Assembly: GCA_964016885.1 (NCBI GenBank)
Contig: OZ024744.1
Location: 49,352,001-49,416,000 of the forward strand
Source of the DNA: Eledone cirrhosa
Taxonomy: Eukaryota
DNA length: 64,000 nt
Direction: 5' to 3'
Part shown: positions 11,056 to 23,459 of the stretch, piece after piece
Numbering within the stretch: the stretch's first letter is position 1
How the letters are laid out: each line of letters begins with the position of its first letter
Made by a program: the position numbers and the translations under genes
Notes under the pieces: model-generated
The model's database searches: none
What the model saw: only the letters and a program-made list of their open reading frames with translations
Told to the model about the DNA's origin: nothing

Positions 11056-14000
11056 TGTTTCTTTTATTTGCCACTAGGGCATCAAAAGTGGGACAAGTAC
11101 AAAGGGGGGAGTTTACACAAAAAGGCGTCCTCAATAAGGAGGAGGCAATAACAAAATATAAAAATAAAATAAGATATAACAAAAAATAAAATTTATAACA
11201 AAATCCTCAATAGAGAGGAGGCGCCTTGGGGGGTCGCACACACCCCCGAAAAAAGTGTGCAACCCTTCTCCTCAGGAGCACAGAGAAGGGGTGCTCCCTT
11301 GGTCTTTCATCTTCCTCACCTATAGTCTGATGTAGAGTGAAGGCCCATTCACACGGGCCATTCTCGCCACTTTCACCCATCTTTCATAGAAACGGCTGGG
11401 GTGCAGCACCTCTCTCTCCATCCTGATCCTTCTTCCGAAATGATATCGGAAGAAACGGACCAGTTGTTGGCCAGAGAGAAAGGTGCCTGACCTCAGTCCT
11501 TTCAGACGCGTCCACCATACAACCTCTTTCGCCATGGCTATTACGCACAGAAACACCGCCTCTGCTTCATCTTTGAAGGGGGGAGGCGGCTTGATCATTA
11601 CAATAGACTCGGTGGTCAACCGGATCGGTCCCACCCTTGACAGCAGTTGTTCGACATAGCCCCACAGATTGGCTAGGCCCGAGCAGTGTACCAATGCGTG
11701 TGCAACGGTTTCCTCGTCGCACACGCATCTGGGACAGATCTTTTTGGCGGGGTCCCTACCCGGGCGCCCGTGTCTGTAGAGCCTTTCTCGAACGGGTAAA
11801 GCCCCTCGGTAGCACTGCCAGGCCAGGGACTTCTGGAAGTTGTCCATAGGTCCCGGGCTGAATGTCCTACCGAACAGGCTGGCCAGTTCGTCCTCCTCCA
11901 TGTCTAGGGCTTCTCCGAGGGCGTCGTCGCACCTGCTGCATACCAGCCCTCTATAGAATGTTGCGGTGGAGTCTCCACTGATAACCGGATCCGCCTGCCA
12001 GAGGGCGGTGAGCGCCTGGGCACACTCAGTGTGCCAGGCGCCCAGTTTTCTCGGTCTTTGCTTGACCCAGGATTGCAGCTCGGTGAGTGAGACGAGTCTG
12101 GGAAAGGTTCGTCTCACAAACGAGGCCCACACCGGTTGTCCGGTGAGGAATACGTAGAGGTGCCGTAGCCTTAATGCGTGTTTACGCATCATTAGCCACG
12201 GCATCCCCAGCCCTCCTTTCGAAGGGTGTTGACAGCAGATGGATCTCCTCACCATAGGAGCCCGCCTCTTCCAAAGGAATTGGAAGAGCGCGCGCTCCAT
12301 CTTGGTGAGGGTTTCCCTTGGGCAGGGCACTACGGTCAGGCGGTAGTAGATGACGGACGCTATGTAGGTGTTCGCCACCTCCGCCCGACCTTTCAGGGAT
12401 AGTTTGCAACTGGCCCACTTCTGGGTCAGTGCAAACACCCTGTTCGTAACCTCCGCCCAGTTTTTCTCCACCTGGAGGTCCAGTCCGAACCAGACCCCGA
12501 GCAACTTCACCGGGCCCTCCGTCCAGCGTCCGACGCCGCCATCGGAGGGCATCGGTCTGCCCCTCCACGTGCCGAGTTGCAAACCGATCGACTTGTCCCG
12601 GTTCAGCTTAGCCCCTGTGAACTTTTCGTACTCCTCCAGTAAGGTGCCGACCGCCTCGATTTCGGAGGCCGTCGACACCATTACTGTCACGTCATCGGCG
12701 TAGGCCGACACCGCTTTCCGCAGTCCCGGTTCCAAAGGGATGCCCTGCAACAACTCCAACTTCCGTAGTAGTGGCTCGAGAGTCAACACATACAGAAGGG
12801 AGGAGAGAGGGCACCCTTGTCGGATGGACCGCGCGATTTTGAACGGCTCCGAGAGGTAGCCGTTCACCTTGACCCTAGAGCAGATGCGGCTGCTGTGCAT
12901 AGCAGTGATCCAGCCCCTGAAAACGGGTCCGAAGCCTGCCGCCGCTAGCACCGCATCCAGGTAACCATGGTCGACCCTATCGAATGCCTTAGATTGATCC
13001 AAGTTGATCAGAGCCCCACCAAAGCCGGGTTTGTTCCCAACCCTCTCTATGATGTATCGCATGAGGTGGAGGTTGTCATGGATGGACCTGGACGGGATAG
13101 CGCATGTCTGCGCATCTCCCACCAGGTTGCCCACGACAAGCGCCAACCTCTTTGCTAGCACCTTGGCCAAAATCTGTAACTCTGTATTTAGCAGAGTTAT
13201 GGGCCTGAAGTTACTTATTTCGTCCCCCTTGTTCTCGTCCTTCCTCACTAGCGTGACTACGCCCTTGGTCACAGTACAGGGAATTCTCCCGTTCTGTTGC
13301 CAGTTGCAGTAGACCGCCTCGAGGAGATCGGGGAACAAGTCCGGCATAGCTAGATATAATTCGTAAGGAAGACCATCGAGACCCGGGGATTTGCGTTTGC
13401 CGCATTGGCTCAGCACGTCCTCTATCTCAGCGGCCGAAATCGGCTCCTCGCAGGACTTCGCCTCCCTGTCTGAGAGGCGCGGCAGGCCGTCGAGGTATGG
13501 ACCGAAGTCCACGTTCCCAACCGGCTCCCCGCCCCTCCCGAACAGTCGGGCAAAGTGCCTTTGAAAGGCCTCACACATCTGCTTAGGCTCAAGAATCGCC
13601 CGTCCATCCAGGTCTCGCAAAGACCGGATGGTGGATTTAGTTCCACTGTTGGCCTCTGTCACGCGGGCCCAGCCAACAGCTTTGGTCCCCTCGTTCCCTA
13701 GAGCACGTATTTTACTTCGGACAACGCAGCCTTCGTGCTTCGCGTCGAAAAACTGGCTCAAAGCCATTCTCGACGCTAGCACTCTGGCCACGTCGCCGCT
13801 TCTAATTGCCTCTTCTACTCTATCTATTAGCTCCCTTTCCTTCCTATTCCTATCCGCAGCTAGAACCTTACTAAATTCTATCGAGACTACTCTAATATCT
13901 CTCTTTAGAGATACCCACCACCTGCTGTTGACGATCGCTCCAGTCAACCGTTCCTTAACTAACGTACTAATCCGATTCCTGTAGGCTCTACTTGCCGGCA

Positions 14001-14696
14001 AGGACAAGTTGAGCTTCCAGTAACCGGGGCCCTGTCTATGAGTTCTGTCAAGGTTGACCATGCAGGTCACTAATTTGTGGTCTGAATAGCCAACCATGCG
14101 CATTTTTGGACAACTTAAAAAGTCCTTATCCTTAATTCTAACTAAGAACCTATCTAGGTACGACCCAGATGATCCGCTACGATTTGCCCAAGTCCAGGTT
14201 GGCGCAGTCGGAAAATCTAGTCGATATCTATCGGCCAGGTCAAATCGACCGATTAACCCTTTGAGGCTATTACACCCCTCTCTATCGGGGCAGGCCCCTA
14301 CGTAGTCCCAGCGTGCATCTAGGATACCATTCCAGTCCCCCACTAATAGCAAGGAGCGGGACGTCCCTAGAAAAGTCTCCAGACGATGGAAGAAGTCCGG
14401 CTACCAACCTAAACGCTCCGCCTTTACCACTGCCAAGGTCCAGAACCACTAGTCGACCCTCCGGGTCCAAATGTACCATCTGTGTTGCGAGACCCAGATG
14501 TTTTTGCAGCAGAACGACAACTCCACCCCCACCTCCGGGCTGACAGAGATGCGTGCATCTCAAAGTCATCAAAGGTGGGGGCCAGCTGTCGCACGTTGCT
14601 GATCCGGGCCTCGCAAATAACCATCACATCTATACGTTGTGACCTGAGGTCATTTAGAAGCATTGCTTGCTTCCAAGTTGAGCCCAGGCCACGCGC
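11056..14696 (-). mobile_element. 5'-truncated L1/Tx1-clade non-LTR retrotransposon with 12-bp TSD
   Basis: APE, RT and CCHC ORF2; TTGTACATGATA at 11044-11055 and 14697-14708. Confidence 0.92.
11320..14352 (-). CDS. Tx1/L1 ORF2 (endonuclease C-terminal part, RT, zinc knuckle); endonuclease N-terminus frameshifted upstream
   Basis: 1010-aa ORF: GDWN, SDH, PGLDGL, FRPITLLN, DQSKAFD, QGCPLS, YADD, CPRC..E.VAHALVHC. Confidence 0.9.
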   Translation of the reverse strand: MLLVGDWNGILDARWDYVGACPDREGCNSLKGLIGRFDLADRYRLDFPTAPTWTWANRSGSSGSYLDRFLVRIKDKDFLSCPKMRMVGYSDHKLVTCMVNLDRTHRQGPGYWKLNLSLPASRAYRNRISTLVKERLTGAIVNSRWWVSLKRDIRVVSIEFSKVLAADRNRKERELIDRVEEAIRSGDVARVLASRMALSQFFDAKHEGCVVRSKIRALGNEGTKAVGWARVTEANSGTKSTIRSLRDLDGRAILEPKQMCEAFQRHFARLFGRGGEPVGNVDFGPYLDGLPRLSDREAKSCEEPISAAEIEDVLSQCGKRKSPGLDGLPYELYLAMPDLFPDLLEAVYCNWQQNGRIPCTVTKGVVTLVRKDENKGDEISNFRPITLLNTELQILAKVLAKRLALVVGNLVGDAQTCAIPSRSIHDNLHLMRYIIERVGNKPGFGGALINLDQSKAFDRVDHGYLDAVLAAAGFGPVFRGWITAMHSSRICSRVKVNGYLSEPFKIARSIRQGCPLSSLLYVLTLEPLLRKLELLQGIPLEPGLRKAVSAYADDVTVMVSTASEIEAVGTLLEEYEKFTGAKLNRDKSIGLQLGTWRGRPMPSDGGVGRWTEGPVKLLGVWFGLDLQVEKNWAEVTNRVFALTQKWASCKLSLKGRAEVANTYIASVIYYRLTVVPCPRETLTKMERALFQFLWKRRAPMVRRSICCQHPSKGGLGMPWLMMRKHALRLRHLYVFLTGQPVWASFVRRTFPRLVSLTELQSWVKQRPRKLGAWHTECAQALTALWQADPVISGDSTATFYRGLVCSRCDDALGEALDMEEDELASLFGRTFSPGPMDNFQKSLAWQCYRGALPVRERLYRHGRPGRDPAKKICPRCVCDEETVAHALVHCSGLANLWGYVEQLLSRVGPIRLTTESIVMIKPPPPFKDEAEAVFLCVIAMAKEVVWWTRLKGLRSGTFLSGQQLVRFFRYHFGRRIRMEREVLHPSRFYERWVKVARMARVNGPSLYIRL

Positions 14697-14708
14697 TTGT
14701 ACATGATA

Positions 14709-15280
14709 ATCTGGTAACCTATTGGGTAGTAATTTATAGCAAGGGTGGAAGATGAGGGATGTAGTAGCAATTGTTAGCCTTTGGAGTAGTTCTTTCTTCA
14801 TACAACCATATCAGATCTTGTTATGAGGTCTGGGCATGAGGATTTCTTGTTTGACATCATCTGTAGAGTTGTTTCCAGTATTGCATAATCTATTTCATAT
14901 TGTTTTAAGCTGGACATGCTGGCAGTAATCCAGCTCCAGTTCTTTTAGCCATACAGCTTGTTTGTTGAATTCATAATATGTTTCCCATACAGAACACCAG
15001 TAACAACCTGATCTTTTGTGAGAGTCTTTTACAGAGATTGAGCCTTTTACATGGAAGCCACGACAACCTGATTCAGGATCCCTGGCAAATAACCTCAACA
15101 TTTGTCATTTATATGCTGTAGATTTATTTTTTTAGTTTTCCAGCTGTGGCTGTGAATTGTTGTTTGGAGTTTAGGGTTTTAAATCCTGTATCTTCAAATC
15201 ACCTCTCAAGTCTTTCTGACGTTGTGTGAAATTGTTTTCTGCATTATATTTCATAATGACAAAAATCTGTGAGATACTTC
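14709..15280 (-). mobile_element. R4/Dong-like LINE remnant, pre-RT region
   Basis: YWCSVWETYYEFNKQAVWLKEL; joins 10843-11055 across the Tx1 TSD. Confidence 0.6.
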
Positions 15281-15535
15281 TTCACAGCCGTGTGTGTGTG
15301 TATGTGTGTGTGTGTGCATGTGTATTATGTATGTGTGTTATGTGTATGTGTGTGTATAAAAGTTAGTGATTTTACAAAAACAGATTAATAAAATAAGTGT
15401 CAGACTTGAAAATAAATAAAAAAAAAAACAAACAAGTACAAGGAGTCAATATGATTGACTAAATCAAGACAGTGCCCCAGTATGGCAACGTTCTAATGAT
15501 TGAAAACATTAAAAGAATGTGTAAGCATATATATA

Positions 15536-16250
15536 TATAATCAAATATATAGATGGAAAAATTAGTTTTTGAATCATTTTTAATTCCTTACATATGTTTC
15601 AAGAGAATAATAGATTAAATTATTGGAAGAACGTTACATGTAATTTGTATAATCAATATCTATACATACAAAATGATATACAGATTTAATTTGTACATCT
15701 TCATCTTCAGAGGATTTTAAAAGAAAACATATTAAATTGAAGAAGACTATAACTGAAATTCAATTCCCACCTTAAACAGGATGGGGGACATCTCAAGTCT
15801 ACCCACTGACATAATGAATGACTAAAAAAAAAATAGTCATTTGCCATGAGTGGGTAGACTTGAGATGTCCCCCATCCTGTTTAAGGTGGGAATTGAATTT
15901 CAGTTATAGTCTTCTTCAATTTAATATGTTTTCTTTTAAAATCCTCTGAAGATGAAGATGTACAAATTAAATCTGTATATCATTTTGTATGTATAGATAT
16001 TGATTATACAAATTACATGTAACGTTCTTCCAATAATTTAATCTATAACTCTCTTGAAACATATGTAAGGAATTAAAAATGATTCAAAAACTACTTTTTC
16101 CATCTATATATTTGATTATATTTGCTCTGTGTTTATGTCTACCTTTGCAACTTTTTCTCCCTAAAATATTTCCTTTCTCTTCAGCCTAATAATATATAAA
16201 CACATTGAGCTAATTCTGAAACTACTTGGCAATTATGTACTATCATGTCA
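15536..16250 (+). repeat. 272-bp-arm inverted repeat (15536-15807 / 15849-16120) plus tail; HHR-bearing foldback
   Basis: Near-identical arms, 41-bp spacer; tcct CTGAAGA...GAAA catatg TA agga at 15942-16071. Confidence 0.9.
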
Positions 16251-16362
16251 TTCTCTACATACATATGAGCTTTGTATATATATCTTTATCTTATATATAT
16301 ACATATATATATATGTATATATATATATAGATAGATAGAGAGCGAAGAGAGAGAGAAATAAA

Positions 16363-16369
<7 letters not shown>

Positions 16370-16450
<81 letters not shown>
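16370..16450. repeat. (GA)n microsatellite
   Basis: Seen directly. Confidence 0.98.
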
Positions 16451-16455
<5 letters not shown>

Positions 16456-17669
16456 TGCACCCCTACAAATGCAAAATGAAAGGCAGGAAGATTATGAACA
16501 CTTAGGGAACGGCATCTATCACCCCATCCCCGGTAATTATCCATCATCCCACCCACCCACCCACTTAGTCTTCCTTGTATTCACATCACTGACTCTGCGA
16601 ACATGGCTAGGATGGCTGTAAAAGGCACAAAGCTGTAGCAACACTTAATCTGCCCCATCCATCACCTCCTCCTCCACCCCTCCTCCTTCTCACTAGCTAT
16701 TTCCTCTCCTAACATTTTTCCCCTTGCACACTTGATCTCTCCCACCATAGTACTTCTTCCCCCCACCTAATCTCACCTCCACTCCACTTACACCCTGACA
16801 CCTACCCAAAGGCGGATGTGTCTTCACTGCTCATTATCTCTCCCTCAACTATGCTCTATCACTTGTTCTCCCCCACAACTTGGACTGTGAAATACATCCC
16901 TGAATTCCCTTCTTCTGTTCCCAAGCCATACCAGCATGGGAAGCCATGCTCGCCCCACACTGCCAAATGTCACTTACCCTTAGCTCACCCGACTCCTCCC
17001 TCTAGTAATAGGCAGCCTAAACCTCGCTCTCTTGCCTTACCCCCACCAAGCCATCCTCTAACACTGTTCCTTCAGCCCAGCGAAAGACACAAGTTCATTA
17101 CAGCTGAAATATGGTAGGGTTGGTACCATAATTTAAATGAAATCAGTGCTCAGCTCACACTGGAAGATGCAAGGGGTGGTGCTATAATAAAATACACCCA
17201 GTACACTCTGTCAATTGGTAGTGCTAATGTCATGAAAAAAGCCATCCAGTCAACTCTGTCAGGTTGTAGTGGTGGTACCAAGAGAAAATATATGCTATGT
17301 TCGTGCTACTTTTAATTATGATTAGCAGTAACACTAATATAGTATTTATTTGTTCACACTATATGCAAATGAGCATCACCAGTTGATATTTCATTTAGAA
17401 AAAAAAGCATATAAGGTATAGTTTATTTTGTTGCCGTACTGGGTGAGTAAATATCAACAATGATGGATAAGAATCCAGGAACATGTGTCTGACACTCCCG
17501 CATTGATAATGAGATAGCTGTGACATGATCACAACTTAAAATAATCATAGCAAGCCTATTGTATGTTAATTATACATAAACATATCATATATACCTTCTT
17601 ACACACCTCTATTATCAACCACACTGTTAGTGCTACTGCTAATATATAAAGATATATATAAATATATAA

Positions 17670-17718
<49 letters not shown>

Positions 17719-18559
17719 ACATACATTCATACATGTATACATAAATATGAACATACACAGACACACATACACACACGCATACACACATACATACTTACAT
17801 ATGTACATACATATATACATATATACATATATAGATAGATAGATAGATACATACATACATATACACAAACACATGCATCTATGTATATATTGATTTTTCA
17901 CTAATGGTCTAAAAAGTTTTCTATTATGTATGAAAAAAATTCAACACGCATCAATTTCTATTACTATACACTCATCATGGGGTCCTTTTTGAAGCAACAA
18001 TGGCTAGGCTCTTAGAGTGTATGTGTGTATGTATATATATATGTATACACTGACATACACACAAACACGCATATACATTCATTTATGCTCTTGCATACAT
18101 GCACATACACACATACATTATCATCATTTTATGTCCGCTTTCCAAGCTGGCATGGGCTGGACAATATATATGTACGCATAGATATATATATAATTATATA
18201 TATATATGTCAGTGTGTATGCATATATACATACATATACACCCATGCTCATGTACATCACATATATATGCATATAGAATTTTTCTAGAAGTAAACAACCC
18301 AGGCTATTTTAAATATTGGATTAATATAAACTGTGTGTTGTGTATATATATATATGGTAAATTTCTTTAAGTCGTTTGAAGCCTCGACAATGCAGATGGG
18401 TAAATCTCCGGGTAACAAGATCCGGTGGTGGAGAGAGAGATGTAAGTGGGTGTACGTTGAGAAATAAGACTGTAGAGGAATGAAGGAATGAGCGTAAAGG
18501 ATAAAAATAAAAATAACAACACGAGAGCGAGAATACCACCAACGCTATCCACAAGGCTA

Positions 18560-18958
18560 TACAGAGAGAGGGCCTCGACATCCACCTGGTTCACTCGGGC
18601 CCCCTCCCTGCGAAGATGCCTCTTCAGGAAACCCGGGAAATCAACTGACGCGGGCTCCCTCAGAGACTGCCTGATGCGCCATGTGAACTGTTGCCTACGC
18701 ACATACGTCGTGTATAAGATAGAATGTAACAAGTGCAACCAATACTATATAGGTAGCACAATCCGGCTGTTGCACATCCGGATGAAGGAACACACTAAAA
18801 CCAGGGCCTCGTCTTTCTGGAAACACATAGCCAAATACGGAAATAAAGACGGAAAGCCCATTGTCACAATTCTAGCGACAGAAACGTTACGTATCAAGGA
18901 AGCACTTTGGATCAAACGCCTAGGTCCACAATTAAACAACCGATGCTTGCGTGGGTAG
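18560..18958 (+). mobile_element. Penelope-like element fragment (GIY-YIG endonuclease)
   Basis: VVYKIECNKCNQYYIGSTIRLLHIRMKEH...LRIKEALWIKRLGPQLN. Confidence 0.85.
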
Positions 18959-19567
18959 ATGGGAAGTCACGTTATTAGGCTAGAAAGATCAGGTGACTAT
19001 ATCTTGCTCATACATTCTGTTTTGTACTTCATGTTCTATAGATGGACGCCTTTGCTAATACAAACCAATTTACAATATGTACTGAGAGCTTTTTTTGTGG
19101 TACCAACACTACCAATTTACAGAGTACACTCAGTACTTTTTGCCATGGCATCATCACTACCACTTTGCTTGTTGTGCCTTTGGCTCAGCTGAAGAGGGAG
19201 AGATAGCAGGCAATGACAAGAATGGCGTTGTAAGATTAGAGAGCAAGCGTTGTGTTACATGCTTTGGTAAAGGAGGGGAGTCATCCCTTAGTGGGAAAAC
19301 AAGTGATATGCCATGAGGGTGGCCTTGAAGAGAGTGAGATGTGTTTGGCAGTATATTATAGAGCATCTCTGGTTTTCCATGCATGCTTTGTTTGGATAGG
19401 TAAGGTGAATTGGGGATGTGACAGGTGGTATGGGCGAGTTCATCATCAGGGTTAAACATCTATTTCTATGCCTGCATAATCCAGAGACAGGCTGTAAAAC
19501 ACTGGGGCTAGGACAGACAAATGACCACTTCTAGTTCATATGTTTTGTTTTATCATTGCAGGCACAT

Positions 19568-19912
19568 GGAGGCACATGGCTTAGTGGTTAGAGCATTGGC
19601 CTTGCAATCGAAAGGTTGTGAGTTCAATTCTCAGACCGGGTGATGTGTTGTTTCCTTGAGCAAGCCACTTTATTTCACATTGCTCCAGTTTACTCAGCTG
19701 TAGAAATGAGATGATAGGGACTGGGGTCCATATCATTCCACTGCAAAGTGGTCGTGTAGGTGCCACGGCAAAAAAAAAGCACCCAGCACTCACTGTAAAT
19801 GAGGTTGGTGTTAGGAAGGGCATCCAACTGTAGAAATCAAGCCAGAATCAGTTCCCGTCCCACCCTTGCAAGCAGGGAAAAATCGGACGTAAAATGAAAT
19901 GAAAAATGATGA
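19568..19912 (+). mobile_element. tRNA-derived SINE with CORE/Meta-like centre and RTE-like 3' tail
   Basis: tggcttagtgg / gagttcaattc boxes; ccttgagcaag.cactt; 3' end ccacccttgcaagcagggaaaa..ggacgtaaaatga matches RTE 3' ends at ~25435 and ~27756. Confidence 0.88.
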
Positions 19913-20299
19913 TTGCCTCCAACTCCATATGAATATTTTACCATGGTACAGGTGGAGCATGCACAGCTTTCCATGTTGGCATGAGTTAGATGTGGAAGGG
20001 GTTGGTGTATTTGTTTTTGTGTGATGGGCTATGCTGGGCTAGGAGGAGGGAAAAAGGAGTGTTAGCTGTCTTTCTATGCTTGGAGGGAATTGGATGAGCA
20101 AGGCATGGATGGATGAAGTAAGTTTGGATGGCTAATGTGGAGACTTAGATGGTAAAGGAGGTGTGGATAGGGAAATATTATGATGGCTGTAGGTATATGA
20201 AGGAGATTGGTGCAAACTGGCATGTGAAAACTTAAGTGACATCTCACTTCTCCACTTCTTCCTTGTACAAACTTATTTCATTCTCTACATGGTAACATG

Positions 20300-21930
20300 G
20301 CATGTTGCCAGACATCTTGATCAGGTGTCATCTTCTTTATGAGGTTTAATTACATATGGCCAGCTCTTACCACATCACCCCAAGTTTTCTTAAGTCTTCC
20401 CCTTCCATAGTTTCCATCAATTAATTTTGAGCTCCCTGCATTTCTTTATGTAGCTGTCATTCTTTACATGTATTACATGCCCACACCAAGGAAGTCCCCT
20501 CTCCTACACACTGCATCTGATTACTTTTATGCATAGCTTTTCTCCCAGTTCACTAACATTTTGTTGTTCATGCACAGTGACATTACACAATCATCAGAGC
20601 ATGCTAGCCTCATTTCTCTGCAAATCCTCTGCCTTCAAGTCCCAAGTCTCACTTCCACGAAGTATCACAGTTTGCACACAGGAATCTTACAATCTGTCTT
20701 TCATTCTGAGGAAAAACTCCTTTGTAGCCAGCAGTGGTAGAATCTCCCTGAACTTATTCCACTGTTTTCATCCACTTCCACTGCTAATTTGGTCACCCAA
20801 GTAACGGAAACTGCTAGTTACCAGAAACTGTCAGTTACTTCTATGAACCCTCTGAGCATTTAATGAAGATTGTTTCATATGATCTGTTGCTGCTAACTGC
20901 ATCAGCCACATAGTACATTCTTTGCTAGACTGTCTGATATCTGACATCTCCTGTGTAACCATAATTTACATTCTGTACATAAAACGCAATTTCTATCTTC
21001 CCCTTTACTCCATATTGAGCAAGGTCATTTCCCTGATGGGATTTGGGTCCTATTTTCCTTTCTACTAACTAGGAATTTAGTTTTTGTCAAGTTGACTTTA
21101 AGATCTTTCAATTCCAGATTTTGCTTCCATATCTGTGTTTTCTCTAATTCTGTTTCAGATTTAGCTACGTCAGCTAGACCATAGACATTTAGTAGTTCCT
21201 TATAAACAGCCACTTATAAACTCCTCTATTATGGCCTTTAAGACAATTATTAACAGGAGAGAGCCAAGAACATAGCATTGTTGAACCTCATCTGCACACT
21301 AAATTACTCACTATACTTATTGTTCACTCAAAACTTGCTGACTGCACCTCCCTCACAAACAACTCATCTATTCTAGTTTCCTAAGAGCCCACCAAGGGGA
21401 TTCTGTCAAATGGTTTCTCCAGGTGAAAAAATGTTAGCTAGATACCTCTCCTGCTGTTGCCTCACAAAGAGAGGGCATAGTGGTACCTTTACCAGACACA
21501 AAGCCAAACTATGTTAATTCTATCCCTAATCAGTTGTGTAATAACTCTTTCAGAATATTTCGTGACCTGATCCATTAACTCGAAACCTCCTTAGTTTTCC
21601 CTGTCCAGTACATTCCTTTTGACCTTGTAGCAGTTGACAATGTGCTGTTATGCCAGTCATTAGGTATGATGCCATCCTGTATTACCTGGTTTACTATATG
21701 TTCAGTTAGCCTGTAACCCACTTCCAGACTTCTTTTCAACATCAGTGAAGGCAAGTGTGCCATTGTCATTATAAAAGCACTTCTCACCCACATTTTGATG
21801 TTCTCTCCCACACAGTCTTGCAGTCCTGAACATCTCATGCCTTTCATTATCAAGATGTAAAACATGCACAAACTTCTTAATTTCTGCTTCCTTGCTAAGT
21901 GAAGTTTAGCTTCTCTTCTGGCTTCTTGGT
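20300..21930 (-). mobile_element. Decayed RTE LINE
   Basis: LKVNLTKTKFLVSRKENR and IVNQVIQDGIIPNDW fragments. Confidence 0.8.
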
Positions 21931-21974
21931 ACTGCTTCACACACTCACACACGCACACACATATATATATATAT

Positions 21975-22408
21975 ATTGTTATACTTTGGGAGGGTCATGT
22001 AGCCAATAAGAAACACAAGCACCAGTTGCTTCCACTTCAATTTATTATAAATTTCCGGTTGGTTGGTTGGTTCCACAACCGGATGGTTGTTCATATATTG
22101 TCAAAGTTCTTTTGTCCCACAAAAACAAGATGGCATAGGACAGAACAAAGGAGAGGCACAAAACAAAGAAAAAATCCCCAGTTACTGAAGAGGTCACAGA
22201 ATGTGTGACAAAAGAACTTTGACAATATATGAACAACCATCCGGTTGTGGAACCAACCAACCAACTGGAAATTTATAATAAATTGAAGTGAAAGCAACTG
22301 GTGTGTGTGTTTCTTATTGGCAACATGACCCTCTCAAAGTACAACAATATCGGTTTCAACACACGTTTTCAGATAAAGAATCTTGCTTAACAAATTCAGA
22401 AACGAAAT
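21975..22408 (+). mobile_element. PLE-derived foldback: inverted arm, 3' end and tail of the 50200-51540 element family
   Basis: 21975-22112 is the reverse complement of ~22210-22350; 22120-22408 aligns with 51268-51538; the HHR GAAA is mutated to AAAA. Confidence 0.88.
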
Positions 22409-22561
22409 ATATATATATATACATACATACATACATACACACACACATACATATAGTTCGTAAAATCCCTTCATCAAGGCAGAGTCCAGCATGACCAAGT
22501 GCAACCATTGAAACCAGTCGCAACCAACAAAACACTATCCCTCTCTCTCTCATATATATAT

Positions 22562-22628
<67 letters not shown>

Positions 22629-22747
22629 TCCGTGCACACACACACACATATATTTATATATATACTCACATAAATACATACATATATACATATGAGAGCG
22701 AGAGAGAGAGAGAGAGTAAGAGAGAAAGAGAGGGAGAAAGGGCTTAC

Positions 22748-22973
22748 CATCAATCGAATTTCCTATAGAATGTAACTTTGTAATATTTGGATATTTTTGA
22801 TTCACACTAATCAAATATTTTTGCAGCTCTGCATTTGTGTGATGCCTAAAGCCCAACCGTGCCATTGTGGGTTCAAATCGCAGTAAAACCATGATTAGGA
22901 AGTAGAATAGAGATACTACCATTAATGGTAGTAAGTTTGGTAGAGGGTTTAGCTTCGGTCCTCTGCTTTGCAT
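22748..22973 (-). CDS. CPM: M14B carboxypeptidase (CPM-like), first coding exon: signal peptide and start of catalytic domain
   Basis: MQSRG...[37 protein letters not shown]...[16 protein letters not shown]. Acceptor ttctcttctgcag puts the exon start at 22987; donor G|gtaagc, phase 1. A second in-frame ATG at 22922 directly precedes the hydrophobic stretch. Orthology to CPM rather than a CPD-type gene is inferred. Confidence 0.88.
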
Positions 22974-23459
22974 TCTGAAATCAGGGCCTGCAGAAGAGAA
23001 AAATGGAAAAAAAAATAGTTATTTAATAGTTTTAGAGGTGTTTTAACCATTTTGTTACCGATATTTCTCATGAAATAACAGAGTTCACTTATAAGAAATT
23101 TTAGAACTATACAAATCTTTGAAGCAGGTGCTATGATCCAAACTTCAATAATTTCTGAGTGTGAGAAGCTTTTATAATGGCTACTTTAAATATTTGATGA
23201 GTGCTTTAAGTGTTTTAACCATCATTTATCTTGTAAGTCCATGTAGCATTTGACACAAAAATGTAAACTTACTGCACACAATTAGATATAGAAATCACAA
23301 GCAGAGGTCAACTGGATGTTAAATATTCACTTTGAAGTCACAGCTAAAATAGTCTATTACCATATTTCCAATGAAAGGTACTGCATATGGTTTTCAAATA
23401 ATTTTTAAAATAATAAAAAATTTGTAGGGTTTTAAAATTTATACATCAGGACAAAGAAG

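Noticed and set aside
12182-13984. Alternative-frame and antisense ORFs within Tx1
   Set aside because: Shadow ORFs of a GC-rich coding sequence.
19568-19640. tRNA genes at SINE heads
   Set aside because: They continue into multi-copy SINE bodies and have poor acceptor stems.
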